A stretch of 64,000 nucleotides of DNA from Roseibacillus sp. (GTDB taxonomy: Bacteria > Verrucomicrobiota > Verrucomicrobiia > Verrucomicrobiales > Akkermansiaceae): contig JBPOGI010000001.1 of assembly GCA_051251855.1 (NCBI GenBank), positions 1,056,001 through 1,120,000 on the forward strand. The letters run 5' to 3'. A program made the position numbers and the translations under genes. Below the pieces are notes generated by a model, which saw nothing but the letters and a program-made list of their open reading frames with translations, did no database searches and was not told the origin of the DNA. Below are positions 49,701 to 59,118 of this stretch, one piece after another. Every line of letters starts with the position of its first letter. Position 1 is the stretch's first letter.

Positions 49701-50725
49701 CGGATGCGGATTTGATCCCTTCGGCCGCCGAAACTGCAGCTATTCCTATTATCTCTGAAACGGGTCAACAGATTGACCAGATTTGGGAATACCCGTCGCG
49801 ACCGCAGTGCTTCGAATGCCACCAAACGAACGCCGGCAACGTTCTGGGAATGAAATCCCGAATGCTGAATTCGCTTCTTCACTACCCATCGACCTCCACG
49901 ACGGCCAACCAACTGACCACCTTCGCCAGCTTAGGACTCTTTGACCAAGGACCAGACTTCACCACTCTTTCTACTGCTTTGAAATCGGTAGCCATCGACG
50001 ACCTGGATGCAACTTGGGAACACCGAGTTCGTTCTTACCTTGATTCTAATTGTTCCTACTGTCACCGCCCCGGTTCCGATTCTGGACGAGCGGAATTTGA
50101 CGCGCTTCTAACAACGCCTCTTGGACTCTCAGGCATTATTGATGGCGAGCTATTTGCCGGACATTTAGGAGTTCCTGGTTCATTGAACGTAACTCCCGGT
50201 GCACCGTCTTCATCCGTCTTGTATCTACGAGACAGCTCCACCGATCCCAGCGTAATGATGCCACCTCTAGGGCGCTCGATTACTGATGAAGTTTATATTG
50301 AAGTTCTCAAAACTTGGATCGAAACCATGGACCACACGAACTACATTGCTTGGGCCCAAGCCAACAATATTGACACCGGCTTCACCGGAGATGCCGATGG
50401 GGATGGTTACCCTAACGTATTCGAGTTCTTGTTTCTTCAAGACGGCAAGAATCCTGATATCTCGACGCTCCCCGAGGTCGTGGTTCCTGGAGCATCCACT
50501 CCTCTCATTCAAATCCCCGTATCAGGATCAGCTCTTTCCGACGGATTCCAAGTCGTCGTTCAAGGTTCAACTGACTTGGAGAATTGGTTTCCGGTCGGAC
50601 ATGCTCAAAGCGGCTTGGCGCTCTCAAGCAACACTTCAGCCCCAGAAACCAATGGCATGATGGAAATAGAGATTTCCACTGATGCAGACAAACAGTTCAT
50701 TCGATATGGAGTCACACTCCCCTAG
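46727..50725 (+). CDS. secreted LamG lectin + Ca-binding repeats + PQQ-type sugar dehydrogenase + diheme cytochrome c protein
   Basis: LamG (DGQWHHIV, LYIDG, G.IDDVALW.REL); DxDxDG repeats; GSDH-like propeller (FHPEF, HFGG.LGF, G.RNPWR, GWPY.EG); CFECH and CSYCH; MPPLG. Confidence 0.85.
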   Translation: MFKIIPRFQSSFGTTTTFLVCALAFTETLMGQLSSDLTAYWTFDNSLDDVAGSYLGNANTNDDNLTFQGTGAQYGTGLFGAAGYTSAGQGYASTPDSVDVDANNNTISISVWTRVENFNKNWQTLLSKGEGSNFRISRYQSSNFVNCRVGSGDFSSNPFGINDGQWHHIVTTGGPSGSLLYIDGVLANSNTSPAVLSNDNTDFWIGDNPEATGRQWDGEIDDVALWHRELSAAEVTSIYQAGTDAQGPQSLGQLIIASSDGDNDDDGLPDEWEFTHGLSFSAASGALGDDGASGDPDGDSLSNLDEYLAGTNPVLSDTDQDGLWDGAEVNTYLTDPTLADSDSDGSPDGEEILFSSDPNDDSSLPAANENASGLTSVGGIGPYLDGNLPSLTPNNGNATGDLWSTANAFPALGNFGSLKGLVSEPLSNNLHVIERGGTIQRVDVTNPTAKVEVLNISALTVNGDNGGLRSVVFHPEFNEVGSPNRNYMYCFYSTDADASRGFTNGDGNFFYRLSRFTRNESSGLFPSSSELVLIQQSSPDEGQHFGGSLGFDPDGFLLIGWGDMEFNSSRVGVDFYQDAQRVDRIFQAAVLRIDVDMQGGAISSPPTRTLQGSSGPNAAAGTDQSCPTGHAYYHVDNFSGIDYYIPSDNYFVLNPPAPGDGSFANTPLHGDALGEHMALGTRNPWRMAVDPVDGDIALFNVGSNSGDDFEEVELVSQGYNGGWPYLEGLTSQTSETGRNTPPSQYAPTALGTETSPITYWAHGTGRVASGGLFYRGSKWSTIDKHLIFGDHGNGKIWALDYKDFGAAASTYTETDGALAPSNYTLRELVDSTGNIRQMAAGPSGEDIYIATSNQIHILTNAAAPNPEPPALLSATGAFTDLANLVPRGGLIPYQPASQLWSDRAAKLRWIAVPNNEGVSGEYDDASQKITYSEEAEWAYPIGTVFIKHFALPSDLRDPGNAALLTPVETRFAVRNEDGDYYYFSYRWRADGSDADLIPSAAETAAIPIISETGQQIDQIWEYPSRPQCFECHQTNAGNVLGMKSRMLNSLLHYPSTSTTANQLTTFASLGLFDQGPDFTTLSTALKSVAIDDLDATWEHRVRSYLDSNCSYCHRPGSDSGRAEFDALLTTPLGLSGIIDGELFAGHLGVPGSLNVTPGAPSSSVLYLRDSSTDPSVMMPPLGRSITDEVYIEVLKTWIETMDHTNYIAWAQANNIDTGFTGDADGDGYPNVFEFLFLQDGKNPDISTLPEVVVPGASTPLIQIPVSGSALSDGFQVVVQGSTDLENWFPVGHAQSGLALSSNTSAPETNGMMEIEISTDADKQFIRYGVTLP

Positions 50726-51067
50726 GCCTCTTTCGTACATTTCCTTCACCAGGTGATTTGATTGCCTTTCTTTTTGGGCAACATTGGCAGCCTAGGTCCT
50801 TTCGCCCAACGATTACCGGGCCTGAGTTTGTCGGGAAGGAGGACTACCCAGCCCACTTTGTGACAAAGGAGGTTATTAGATATGCGCTACGAATCATCGC
50901 AATTCACTTCCTTGTTAGAGGGAGATTGCATTTCCCCCAGACTCTTGCGGAAGGAGCGACTACTGCGCCTCTTTTATTCCCCCGAGCACAGCTAGCCTGG
51001 TAGGCGAGAGGCAGCTGAGCAGTCTCTCTCAGTCCGACTACAGAATCTATCCTGCTAAGCGCGCCCC

Positions 51068-54000
51068 CTACTCCTCTGCTCTCAGGCGGATGAACTCTTT
51101 ACCGGAAATTCTATCTCCGACAGGCAATGCACTACGATAAATAACAGTACTGGTGCCGTCCAAGTTATCTGTCTCGGAGACCAAGACGACGTCCGGCAAT
51201 CCATCCCACATCACGAGATCTTCCGAAACTTCCGCCTCGATATTCACCGAGTTGACTGTGTGGAGATTCCTGCGATAGCGAATTGTGAGATAATTTTCGG
51301 TCGAGCCCTCCACGAGGAAGGAGTTGATTGTTGCGACAATCGTCGAATCACCAGCTACGGAATCACTCGAACTTAGGGCATACTCTAACAAAGCGACAAG
51401 ACCGTCGCCATCGGCATCAGCAGAAGGATCTCCCACGAAGCCAACCGAATCAACTGTGCCTGGACTCCCACCGTCTTGACCGCTCGCTGCCCAGTTGGTT
51501 GCGACAGTATGGTCAGGAAGTTCCAATGGAGAAATGAGCACAAGTGAGAAACCTCCATTGTCAGGGGCTGGCGGCCAAGGAAGGACATCGTCGTATGTGA
51601 AATCCTGAATTACTGAACCCGCCGCATCCTGTATCAGTAGGCGTTCTCCGCCATTGGAGAGCTTTCCTCCATATTGAACCAGACCTAAGCTGTCGGAGCC
51701 GAAAGCTATTCCATTAGCCAAGCCGCCATACCTCACTTCGAAGGCATCTCGGTTTTCGACAATCACCAACCTTTCTCCACTAGGCAAAATATTGTTCGGC
51801 CCAAAGGTGAAGCTAATCCCGACTGAAATTGTCACTCCCTCCAAATCGATCGGCTGTCCGCCCACATTCATCAACTCAAGAAACTCAAACTCGTCGCCAT
51901 CCGCAGCGACAGCTTCCTCTGCTGAGCCTGAAGGGCCTACGGGATTGTAGTGAAACTCAGAAACCACGAGATTATCAGCATCCGCTGGGATCGGCTCTGG
52001 CGTGAAGAATGCAGCATTGAGAGCACTCCACTCTCCCGTCGTCGTATTGTAAGTCCTCGAAAGCAACCAACCTGGAAAAGTTACGGGAATAGGTTCTGAC
52101 ACGGGGCCGCCACTACTTCCGGGGGGATTACCGATCAGCTCGATATCAAAGCTAATATCCGAACTTGTTGCAGACCGATTGTGAATCTCTGCCGCAATCG
52201 TGTTGTTTCCGGCGACAAAGGCAGTCGAAGGAAGAGTAACGGATCCAAACTGATTCTCGGAGCTTGTCGCAGTTGAGTAATCGTCATAGGCCGCATTTAA
52301 GGCCACATTCTCACGAGCTACGGGAATGGCATTTCCGTTGAGATAGATCGTCACGCCATCATCGAAGACATAGTTGAGAGTGAAATCCTCGAACATCGAC
52401 GGATCCGGAATATTGATATCTGACTTTCGAAAATAGGTCGTCGGATTCTTCTGAATGCCAGAAGTTCCCGGATCAGAATCGACAAACCCAACGTCGGTCG
52501 CCTCGTCGCCGTCACCGTATCCAAGAGGAGATGCTCCACTGCCCCAAGAAGTCGCGTCGAAGCTCACATCTCGCCAAGTCGTCCCCTGATTCGAGCCGTC
52601 AGCGAGATAGGACCAATTATCGCCCTCCTGAACGAAGCTTACTGGATTCGCCCCTCCTCCATCAAAAGAAATCATCGTCGCCGCTGAGCTAACAACTCCC
52701 CCAGGAAGACGTGGGTCGAGTGAATTCACATACTCATCAAGATTGGTATCCGCTGAATCAAAGAGGTAATAGACCTCCAGATTAGAGTCGCTTACCGAGA
52801 TTGTAGGGCCAGTCCCCGTTACGAACTCTCCCCCGTGCTGACTGTAGACCGGAGCTTCTTGCGAAGGATACATCCCCGCAGCCACAAACTTAGCTATCAT
52901 ATCCGCGGTCTGGCTCGGGTTCCCCTGTAGTTCAGGGAAAAAATTGTCGGTAAGATTCGCGTGATACGAGAAAAATGACGCCGGTGAACGATATCCCCAA
53001 CGCGCAGCTTCTGTGAGAAAAGAAAGCGCAGTTTCATCCACTCGGTCTTGGAGCCGTTCAATATTCTTCTCCGGGGTGAGGGCTCCATTGTTGAAAAAGT
53101 GCTTATGAATTCGATCCGCGACCAAAGTGGTGAAGTCAGGATCGCCTTCATCACGCAGTTCCCTCATCAAATCCACAGGACCGTCGTCCAAAACATTGCG
53201 TCCACCAGGATTGCGAAGATAGCCATCGGCATCCTTCAGGAAAAACTTGAAGGGAACCTCCCGCGATTCCGAGCCTGCTGCCCGAAACTCGCTTTCGCAG
53301 CTTCCATTCACATAGAGGAGGATGAAATCAATGGCGTTGATGACATCGATATGACTCCGGACATTGGTAAAGGGCGCGGCACCGGCAGCGAGCACTTCCC
53401 CCGCCCTCCAAAAGTCCCCGCTCCCGTCATAAACGGTGAGTTGTGCTTGGAAGTTGTCATTGGCATCGACCGCTTCGTAATCTTCCTTACTCCCACCGTA
53501 ATATTCCGAAATCATGGAAGCATCCCACCCTTCTCGCAGGTGATACTGCCCCCAGTATTCCCCCCTGATATAGACGTGAACGAAACGACCGTGCGGCGCG
53601 ATGTGCCCCATATCCAAGGTGGCATCATCCGAGTATCGATTCGAGAGGTAAGCTCCTCGCGCAGCCATGTCGTGGTTGCCTGCACGCAGGTCAAAGGAGT
53701 TCACCTCATTCGCCGGTTGAAAGCTGCTGTATTCATGCCCCCCCCATAGCTGGAAGTCGAGCTTCCCTGGCCCATACTCACTTCGAAAAGTGAAGCGCAT
53801 ACTATTCTTGTCGAAATTGGTCACGAGACCTCCAAAGCGCGAAAACCCAGCATCTGCCTGGGTATCTCCATCCTCAAAGCCAATCATCTCGACGGATACT
53901 TCTTTCTCGTCACGACTGACCGAGCCATTGAATTCCCCATCAAAGTTCAGCGAGATTGTCGGTATCGAAATCAGGGCTGCCTCGAGGTCGGGCGCATATT

Positions 54001-55792
54001 GCGGGTCCTGAGTCACTCCAACATCCATCTCCGGCTGCGTGATAACGTCGGTAGGGAAAATATAAGTGTGAGTATCCACATTGGTAGCACCGAACCCATC
54101 TTTGAAAGCCGCGGCCCGCAAAACGGTCGTCTCGGAGATATCGATAGGCCCAGTATAAAGAATGCCAGTCGTAGCAGTCGGTTTGGAACCATTGAGAGTA
54201 TACCTGATGTTGGCATCGGTGGTGAGGGAAGAAACGGTCACCTGAATGGGAGTTGAGTAGAAACCTCGGTCTAAGCTGAAGCTCGTGTCTGCCACAAAGC
54301 CGAGTACCGATGCCTCATTCGCCGCGCCTGGAGTCGGGGTGGCTAAATACCCTTCCGTTCCCCGCACTCCGTCGAATCCATAGGAGACATCGATTTCCTG
54401 CTCGGGATAGCTCGGGGCGTATTCCGTGATAATCGAAACTCCGTCCGTTTTGGTCAAAGCAAGATACTCCCCAGCCGATGAAAGCAAAAAATTGGTGTGC
54501 AGTTCAGAAGTTGGATCGGGGGCAACCCGATTCTTACCTGACGCAAATACGACTAAATACTCCCCAGCAGCGAGGGTAACGTTAGGCAGCATCCACTTTG
54601 TCAAATCAGTGACGTCGTCGGATAAAAAATATCCAGCTAAAGACAAGGAGCTGGTGCCTGGGTTGTATAGTTCAATCCAATCCGAAGGGTCACCATCTTC
54701 ATCGAGTATGCCTTGGTCATTTGATGCCAAGAACTCAGAAATAATCGGCACTCCGTCCTCCACGGGTCTCAAAAACAGGGTGCGACTTACGGTGCCATTG
54801 CTGTTGCTCGCTTCTAACAGGTACTCGGTCTCTTCAGTAGGAGAGACACTGATTCCATTGCTTCCCAAAACGTCCGTTCCATTCAAGGTAAGGCTGGTGG
54901 CGTTGCTTCCCACTTCCCAACTGAGATTCACATTGGTGCCTGCTTCGACAAATAAGCTATCTCCGGCATCGGAATCGTAAGAGTAGATGAGTGGTTGATT
55001 CGTGACCTCAATGGTCGCGATAGCCGTGGAGGTCCCGCTCGGGTTAATCGCGGTCAACTCGTAGTCAGTGGTCGCTGACGGTGCTATGACGTCAACACTT
55101 TCATCCGGATCTGTAAGAACGTCGCCTACTCCGTTGTTAATCTGAAGAGAAGTGAGATTGTCCGACACTTCCCAACTCAAGGACACCGTATCACCCGAGG
55201 TCACTAGAGTCCGGTCGGACTCAAAGGAGATGATACGTTCAGGGTCTTCAGCAGTGACCTCGTTCAAAGAGAGAACCCTAGCATTGTTAGATATCTCCGC
55301 TTCTGGCGTCCGCTTGACTCGAATCATGTTTCCGGTTGCGCCGCCAGCGTCCACAATGATCTCCGTGACTGTGTCCGCATTGGGGCCGGGATTTTGGAGC
55401 TCTGAAGTATACACAATAGTGCCCCCGTTGAAATCACTCCCCAAATTTCCATTGAATTCCACCACATAGACCGTGATATCTCGCAAACGAGGCGCCGCGC
55501 CACCATTACGATTCAGGAGCTTGATTTCCCCAAAACTTTTGCTCTCTGGCAACAAGACCTGCCAAGTCGGATCATCGTCGGTCGCTCTGGTATGGGTAAA
55601 GTTGTTGGTCACCCCATCGATCGCTAAACTTGCCGGAAACTGATCCTCATTCCCTGTTTCATAGCCAGTACTATGTGCTGCAGTGCCAACGGTGAGATCG
55701 ATTGGCTCAGCAGTCAAAGAAGAGGTCAGAAGGCTTAGGCTGGCAAGTAGCGGACATGCGACTGCGGGTTCAGTCAAAAACTTAAGGGTCAT
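51068..55792 (-). CDS. secreted CotH-kinase-like / lamin-tail-domain protein with N-terminal F-type-lectin-like domain
   Basis: FTHT...NR......R discoidin; ISEFLASN...DWIELYN and SEFHYNP...EFLEL.N lamin tail domains; FN3-associated IRYTLNG; CotH-like FVHVYIRGEYWGQY.LRE. Confidence 0.8.
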   Translation of the reverse strand: MTLKFLTEPAVACPLLASLSLLTSSLTAEPIDLTVGTAAHSTGYETGNEDQFPASLAIDGVTNNFTHTRATDDDPTWQVLLPESKSFGEIKLLNRNGGAAPRLRDITVYVVEFNGNLGSDFNGGTIVYTSELQNPGPNADTVTEIIVDAGGATGNMIRVKRTPEAEISNNARVLSLNEVTAEDPERIISFESDRTLVTSGDTVSLSWEVSDNLTSLQINNGVGDVLTDPDESVDVIAPSATTDYELTAINPSGTSTAIATIEVTNQPLIYSYDSDAGDSLFVEAGTNVNLSWEVGSNATSLTLNGTDVLGSNGISVSPTEETEYLLEASNSNGTVSRTLFLRPVEDGVPIISEFLASNDQGILDEDGDPSDWIELYNPGTSSLSLAGYFLSDDVTDLTKWMLPNVTLAAGEYLVVFASGKNRVAPDPTSELHTNFLLSSAGEYLALTKTDGVSIITEYAPSYPEQEIDVSYGFDGVRGTEGYLATPTPGAANEASVLGFVADTSFSLDRGFYSTPIQVTVSSLTTDANIRYTLNGSKPTATTGILYTGPIDISETTVLRAAAFKDGFGATNVDTHTYIFPTDVITQPEMDVGVTQDPQYAPDLEAALISIPTISLNFDGEFNGSVSRDEKEVSVEMIGFEDGDTQADAGFSRFGGLVTNFDKNSMRFTFRSEYGPGKLDFQLWGGHEYSSFQPANEVNSFDLRAGNHDMAARGAYLSNRYSDDATLDMGHIAPHGRFVHVYIRGEYWGQYHLREGWDASMISEYYGGSKEDYEAVDANDNFQAQLTVYDGSGDFWRAGEVLAAGAAPFTNVRSHIDVINAIDFILLYVNGSCESEFRAAGSESREVPFKFFLKDADGYLRNPGGRNVLDDGPVDLMRELRDEGDPDFTTLVADRIHKHFFNNGALTPEKNIERLQDRVDETALSFLTEAARWGYRSPASFFSYHANLTDNFFPELQGNPSQTADMIAKFVAAGMYPSQEAPVYSQHGGEFVTGTGPTISVSDSNLEVYYLFDSADTNLDEYVNSLDPRLPGGVVSSAATMISFDGGGANPVSFVQEGDNWSYLADGSNQGTTWRDVSFDATSWGSGASPLGYGDGDEATDVGFVDSDPGTSGIQKNPTTYFRKSDINIPDPSMFEDFTLNYVFDDGVTIYLNGNAIPVARENVALNAAYDDYSTATSSENQFGSVTLPSTAFVAGNNTIAAEIHNRSATSSDISFDIELIGNPPGSSGGPVSEPIPVTFPGWLLSRTYNTTTGEWSALNAAFFTPEPIPADADNLVVSEFHYNPVGPSGSAEEAVAADGDEFEFLELMNVGGQPIDLEGVTISVGISFTFGPNNILPSGERLVIVENRDAFEVRYGGLANGIAFGSDSLGLVQYGGKLSNGGERLLIQDAAGSVIQDFTYDDVLPWPPAPDNGGFSLVLISPLELPDHTVATNWAASGQDGGSPGTVDSVGFVGDPSADADGDGLVALLEYALSSSDSVAGDSTIVATINSFLVEGSTENYLTIRYRRNLHTVNSVNIEAEVSEDLVMWDGLPDVVLVSETDNLDGTSTVIYRSALPVGDRISGKEFIRLRAEE

Positions 55793-55998
55793 TTTAAGGA
55801 GGAATTTTTGGCGGATCTGAACAGACTTTGTGAGCCTGAGCCGATCTTTTCGGCTATCCAGTCAAACTATCAGGTCTAAAACACCTTGAGAACACGAAAA
55901 AACACTCCAATCCAAAAGCAATGTCACTTATAAAGTAGTGACTATTAGGAATTTAAACATTCCCCGCAAACTTAATATACGCGGGGGAAATCGAGAAT

Positions 55999-56271
55999 CT
56001 AGCCCTTGGAATGAGCTCCGTTGCCGCTTCGTCCTTCTCCGAAATACTTCTCGCTCCGGTAACGCAGCCACACCCGTAAAGTTTGAGGAACCTTCTCTTT
56101 CTCAACTTGGGTTAAGGTTTCATAGAGTTCCAGAGCTCTCAAGCGTTCCCTTCGACAGGCTCCATTATTGTGGTCGTCCCAATGCTTGCGTGCGAGCCGG
56201 ATACGCCGATTCACTTCCTTAACAAGATTGTTTCCCACCAAGGGCTTATTCATCTTTTTTTTGGCAGGCAT
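55999..56271 (-). CDS. small basic hypothetical protein downstream of clpB
   Basis: 90-aa ATG ORF (RRIRLAR.HWD.HNN.AC, LRVWLRYRSEKYFG) co-oriented with clpB. Confidence 0.7.
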   Translation of the reverse strand: MPAKKKMNKPLVGNNLVKEVNRRIRLARKHWDDHNNGACRRERLRALELYETLTQVEKEKVPQTLRVWLRYRSEKYFGEGRSGNGAHSKG

Positions 56272-56346
56272 ATGATTCGGATTACCGCGTCGGCGCCTGA
56301 AAGAATACTCCCCTTGAACACAAAAGTCCAAGGGGAGTTTCCAGTC

Positions 56347-58923
56347 TTAAGCCTTCGCAAAGACGACCTTACCATCGTCGACCTCAGCCTTGATGACATC
56401 TCCGGACACAAAACCTCCCTCGAGCACCTGCAAGCTGAGTTCATCCAAAAGATACTTCTGAATTGCTCGCTTCAGCGGGCGGGCGCCATAGACAGGGTCG
56501 TAACCTTGATTGCCAATGAATTCCTTGGTCTCTTCTGAGAGAGCCAACCCCAGCCCTTGCTTGGCAAGACGCTTCCGAACCCTCTCTAGTTGAATATCCA
56601 CAATGGTCGTCAACTCGGCTCTATCGAGGCGGTCAAAGATCACGGTCTCATCAATGCGGTTCAAGAACTCGGGTCGGAAGTGACCTCGGAGGGCTTCCGT
56701 CACCTTCGCTTCCCTTTGTTCAACATTCGACTCATCCATGATGAATTGGCTTCCGATATTAGAAGTCATAATGAGAACGGTATTGCGGAAGTCCACCGTC
56801 CGTCCCTGTCCGTCCGTAATGCGGCCATCATCCAACACCTGCAAAAGCACGTTGAAGACATCGGGATGTGCTTTCTCAATCTCGTCGAAAAGAACCACCG
56901 AATATGGCTTGCGACGCACATGCTCACTAAGCTGTCCGCCCTCTTCATAACCGACGTATCCTGGAGGTGCTCCAATCAAACGCGAGACGGCGTGCTTCTC
57001 CATGTATTCCGACATATCGATGCGCACCATCGCGTTCTCGTCATCGAAGAGGAACTCTGCCAAAGCTTTAGAGAGCTCAGTCTTACCCACGCCAGTAGGT
57101 CCCAAGAAAAGGAACGAGCCAATGGGCCGATTTTCATCCTGTAGCCCTGCTCGAGCTCGACGCACGGCGTTAGAGACAGCCTCAATCGCTTTGCGCTGGC
57201 CAATCACGCGTTCGCCCAGACGGCTCTCCATCTGAACCAACTTAGCGCGTTCGCCCTCTTGGAGCCGACTCACCGGAATCCCAGTCCATGCCGCCACCAC
57301 TCGAGCAATATCCTCCTCGGTCACTTCCTCTTTCAAAAGCCCATTGCTTCCCTGCAACTCAGCCAGACGCGCATTGGCATCTTCGAGGTCCTTCTCGGCA
57401 TCAGGAATCTGCCCATAAGTAATCTCCGATGCACGGGTCAGATCTCCAATGCGTTGCGCCTGCTCAATCTCAGTCCGCAGGCCATCGAGACGGCCTTGCA
57501 CTTCACGTACCGCGTCGATGACCTCCTTCTCATTTCTCCAACGCGCCATTAGCCCTGAAGACTCTTCTTTCAAGTCTGCCATCTCGGCCTCAACCTTATC
57601 CAAGCGCTTCTTACTAGCCTCATCAGTTTCCTTGATTAGAGCCTGGCGCTCCATTTCCAGCTGCATCACTTGACGCTCAATTTGGTCAATCTCAGTGGGC
57701 ATAGAATCGAGTTCGATCTTAAGTCGGCTAGCTGCCTCATCGATTAAATCCACTGCCTTGTCAGGAAGAAATCGGTCAGTAATATAGCGGTCACTCAATG
57801 TCGCCGCAGCTACGATGGCACTATCCTGAATCCGCACCCCATGGTGGACTTCATAGCGCTCCTTCAGCCCTCGCAAAATGGCAACGGTATCCTCCGTGCT
57901 TGGCTCGCCCACCTTGACCGGTTGAAAGCGACGTTCGAGAGCTGCATCTTTTTCAATATACTTACGATACTCATCCAAGGTGGTGGCTCCTACCGTACGT
58001 AACTCGCCACGAGCCAACTGAGGTTTCAACAAGTTGGAAGCGTCGACCGCACCCTCGCTGGCACCAGCACCTACGATGGTATGCAACTCATCGATAAAGA
58101 GGATAATCTCTCCATCCGATGCCGTCACCTCCTTCAAGAACGCCTTGAGACGCTCCTCGAATTCACCACGATATTTTGCTCCCGCAAGCATGCTTCCGAG
58201 GTCCAATGAAACCACGCGCTTGTTCTTCATGCCCTCTGGCACATCTCCGCTCACGATACGTCGTGCCAAACCTTCCACAATGGCGGTCTTACCCACCCCA
58301 GGTTCACCAATTAGCACCGGATTGTTCTTCGTGCGTCGAGAGAGCACCTGCAAGACTCGACGAATCTCTTCATCTCGTCCAATCACAGGGTCAATCTTTC
58401 CTTCCCTCGCTCGCGCCGTCAGGTCGGTGCCATACTTTTCAAGAGCCTCGTATTTTCCTTCCGGATCGTCGTCGGTCACCTTTTGGGCCCCTCGAATATC
58501 CTTCAAAGCTGCATCAAAGTTCTCCTGAGTGAGCCCCGCGTCTTTCAAGAGCTTTCCAGCAGGAACATCTGCCTTTAGCGCTCCTGCCAAGAAGTGCTCC
58601 ACACTCAAATAATCATCCTCCATCGACTCCCGCACCTCATCAGCGGCATCCAAGCTTGCTCGAAGACCATAGCTCATCTGCGGCTGACTTCCCGAACCCT
58701 GAACACGCGGTTCCGAGCCCAGCGCAGTTGCTACCGAAGCCTTTAAACGTGGCACATCCACCCCAGCCTTTTCTAAAATCGGAACCACGATCCCCCCCTC
58801 CTGAGTAAGAAGGGCCAAGAGCACATGATTCCCCTTCAACTCGGGGTGTGCGGACTTCGCGGCGGTCTGCTGCGCTTGTTGGAGCGCTGCCTGTAATTTT
58901 GCAGTTAATTTATCTAATCCCAT
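56347..58923 (-). CDS. clpB: ATP-dependent chaperone ClpB
   Basis: Two AAA modules ([16 protein letters not shown]), coiled-coil middle domain, [11 protein letters not shown] at 58923. Confidence 0.98.
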   Translation of the reverse strand: MGLDKLTAKLQAALQQAQQTAAKSAHPELKGNHVLLALLTQEGGIVVPILEKAGVDVPRLKASVATALGSEPRVQGSGSQPQMSYGLRASLDAADEVRESMEDDYLSVEHFLAGALKADVPAGKLLKDAGLTQENFDAALKDIRGAQKVTDDDPEGKYEALEKYGTDLTARAREGKIDPVIGRDEEIRRVLQVLSRRTKNNPVLIGEPGVGKTAIVEGLARRIVSGDVPEGMKNKRVVSLDLGSMLAGAKYRGEFEERLKAFLKEVTASDGEIILFIDELHTIVGAGASEGAVDASNLLKPQLARGELRTVGATTLDEYRKYIEKDAALERRFQPVKVGEPSTEDTVAILRGLKERYEVHHGVRIQDSAIVAAATLSDRYITDRFLPDKAVDLIDEAASRLKIELDSMPTEIDQIERQVMQLEMERQALIKETDEASKKRLDKVEAEMADLKEESSGLMARWRNEKEVIDAVREVQGRLDGLRTEIEQAQRIGDLTRASEITYGQIPDAEKDLEDANARLAELQGSNGLLKEEVTEEDIARVVAAWTGIPVSRLQEGERAKLVQMESRLGERVIGQRKAIEAVSNAVRRARAGLQDENRPIGSFLFLGPTGVGKTELSKALAEFLFDDENAMVRIDMSEYMEKHAVSRLIGAPPGYVGYEEGGQLSEHVRRKPYSVVLFDEIEKAHPDVFNVLLQVLDDGRITDGQGRTVDFRNTVLIMTSNIGSQFIMDESNVEQREAKVTEALRGHFRPEFLNRIDETVIFDRLDRAELTTIVDIQLERVRKRLAKQGLGLALSEETKEFIGNQGYDPVYGARPLKRAIQKYLLDELSLQVLEGGFVSGDVIKAEVDDGKVVFAKA

Positions 58924-58934
58924 ACCCTCTCTTT

Positions 58935-58950
58935 TGCAGTTTCCTAGCCA
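58935..58950 (-). promoter_or_regulatory. candidate sigma54 (-24/-12) promoter of clpB
   Basis: TGGCTAGGAAACTGCA has exact GG-N10-GC spacing; inverted repeat further upstream at 59013-59035. Confidence 0.45.
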
Positions 58951-59118
58951 ATCCAGAACCAACAAAAACCTTCGTAATTACAAGGGTTTTCAAGACCCCT
59001 TTTTTTCAATGCGTCACATTGCCCCCCAAAGTGACACACCTTGTGCCGAAGTGTCCCAAACCTTTTCACGACAGGGCTTTTCCTTTCAGCTCTCCCTCGA
59101 TTCAGTAGCCTGAGCACC

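Noticed and set aside
50726..51067. 81-aa ORF or ncRNA between the convergent large genes
   Set aside because: TTG start, no recognisable motif and no convincing RNA structure by eye.
43884..55900. tRNA-anchored genomic island carrying the large secreted genes
   Set aside because: No integrase or att duplication seen, and the genes lie on the 5' side of the tRNA.
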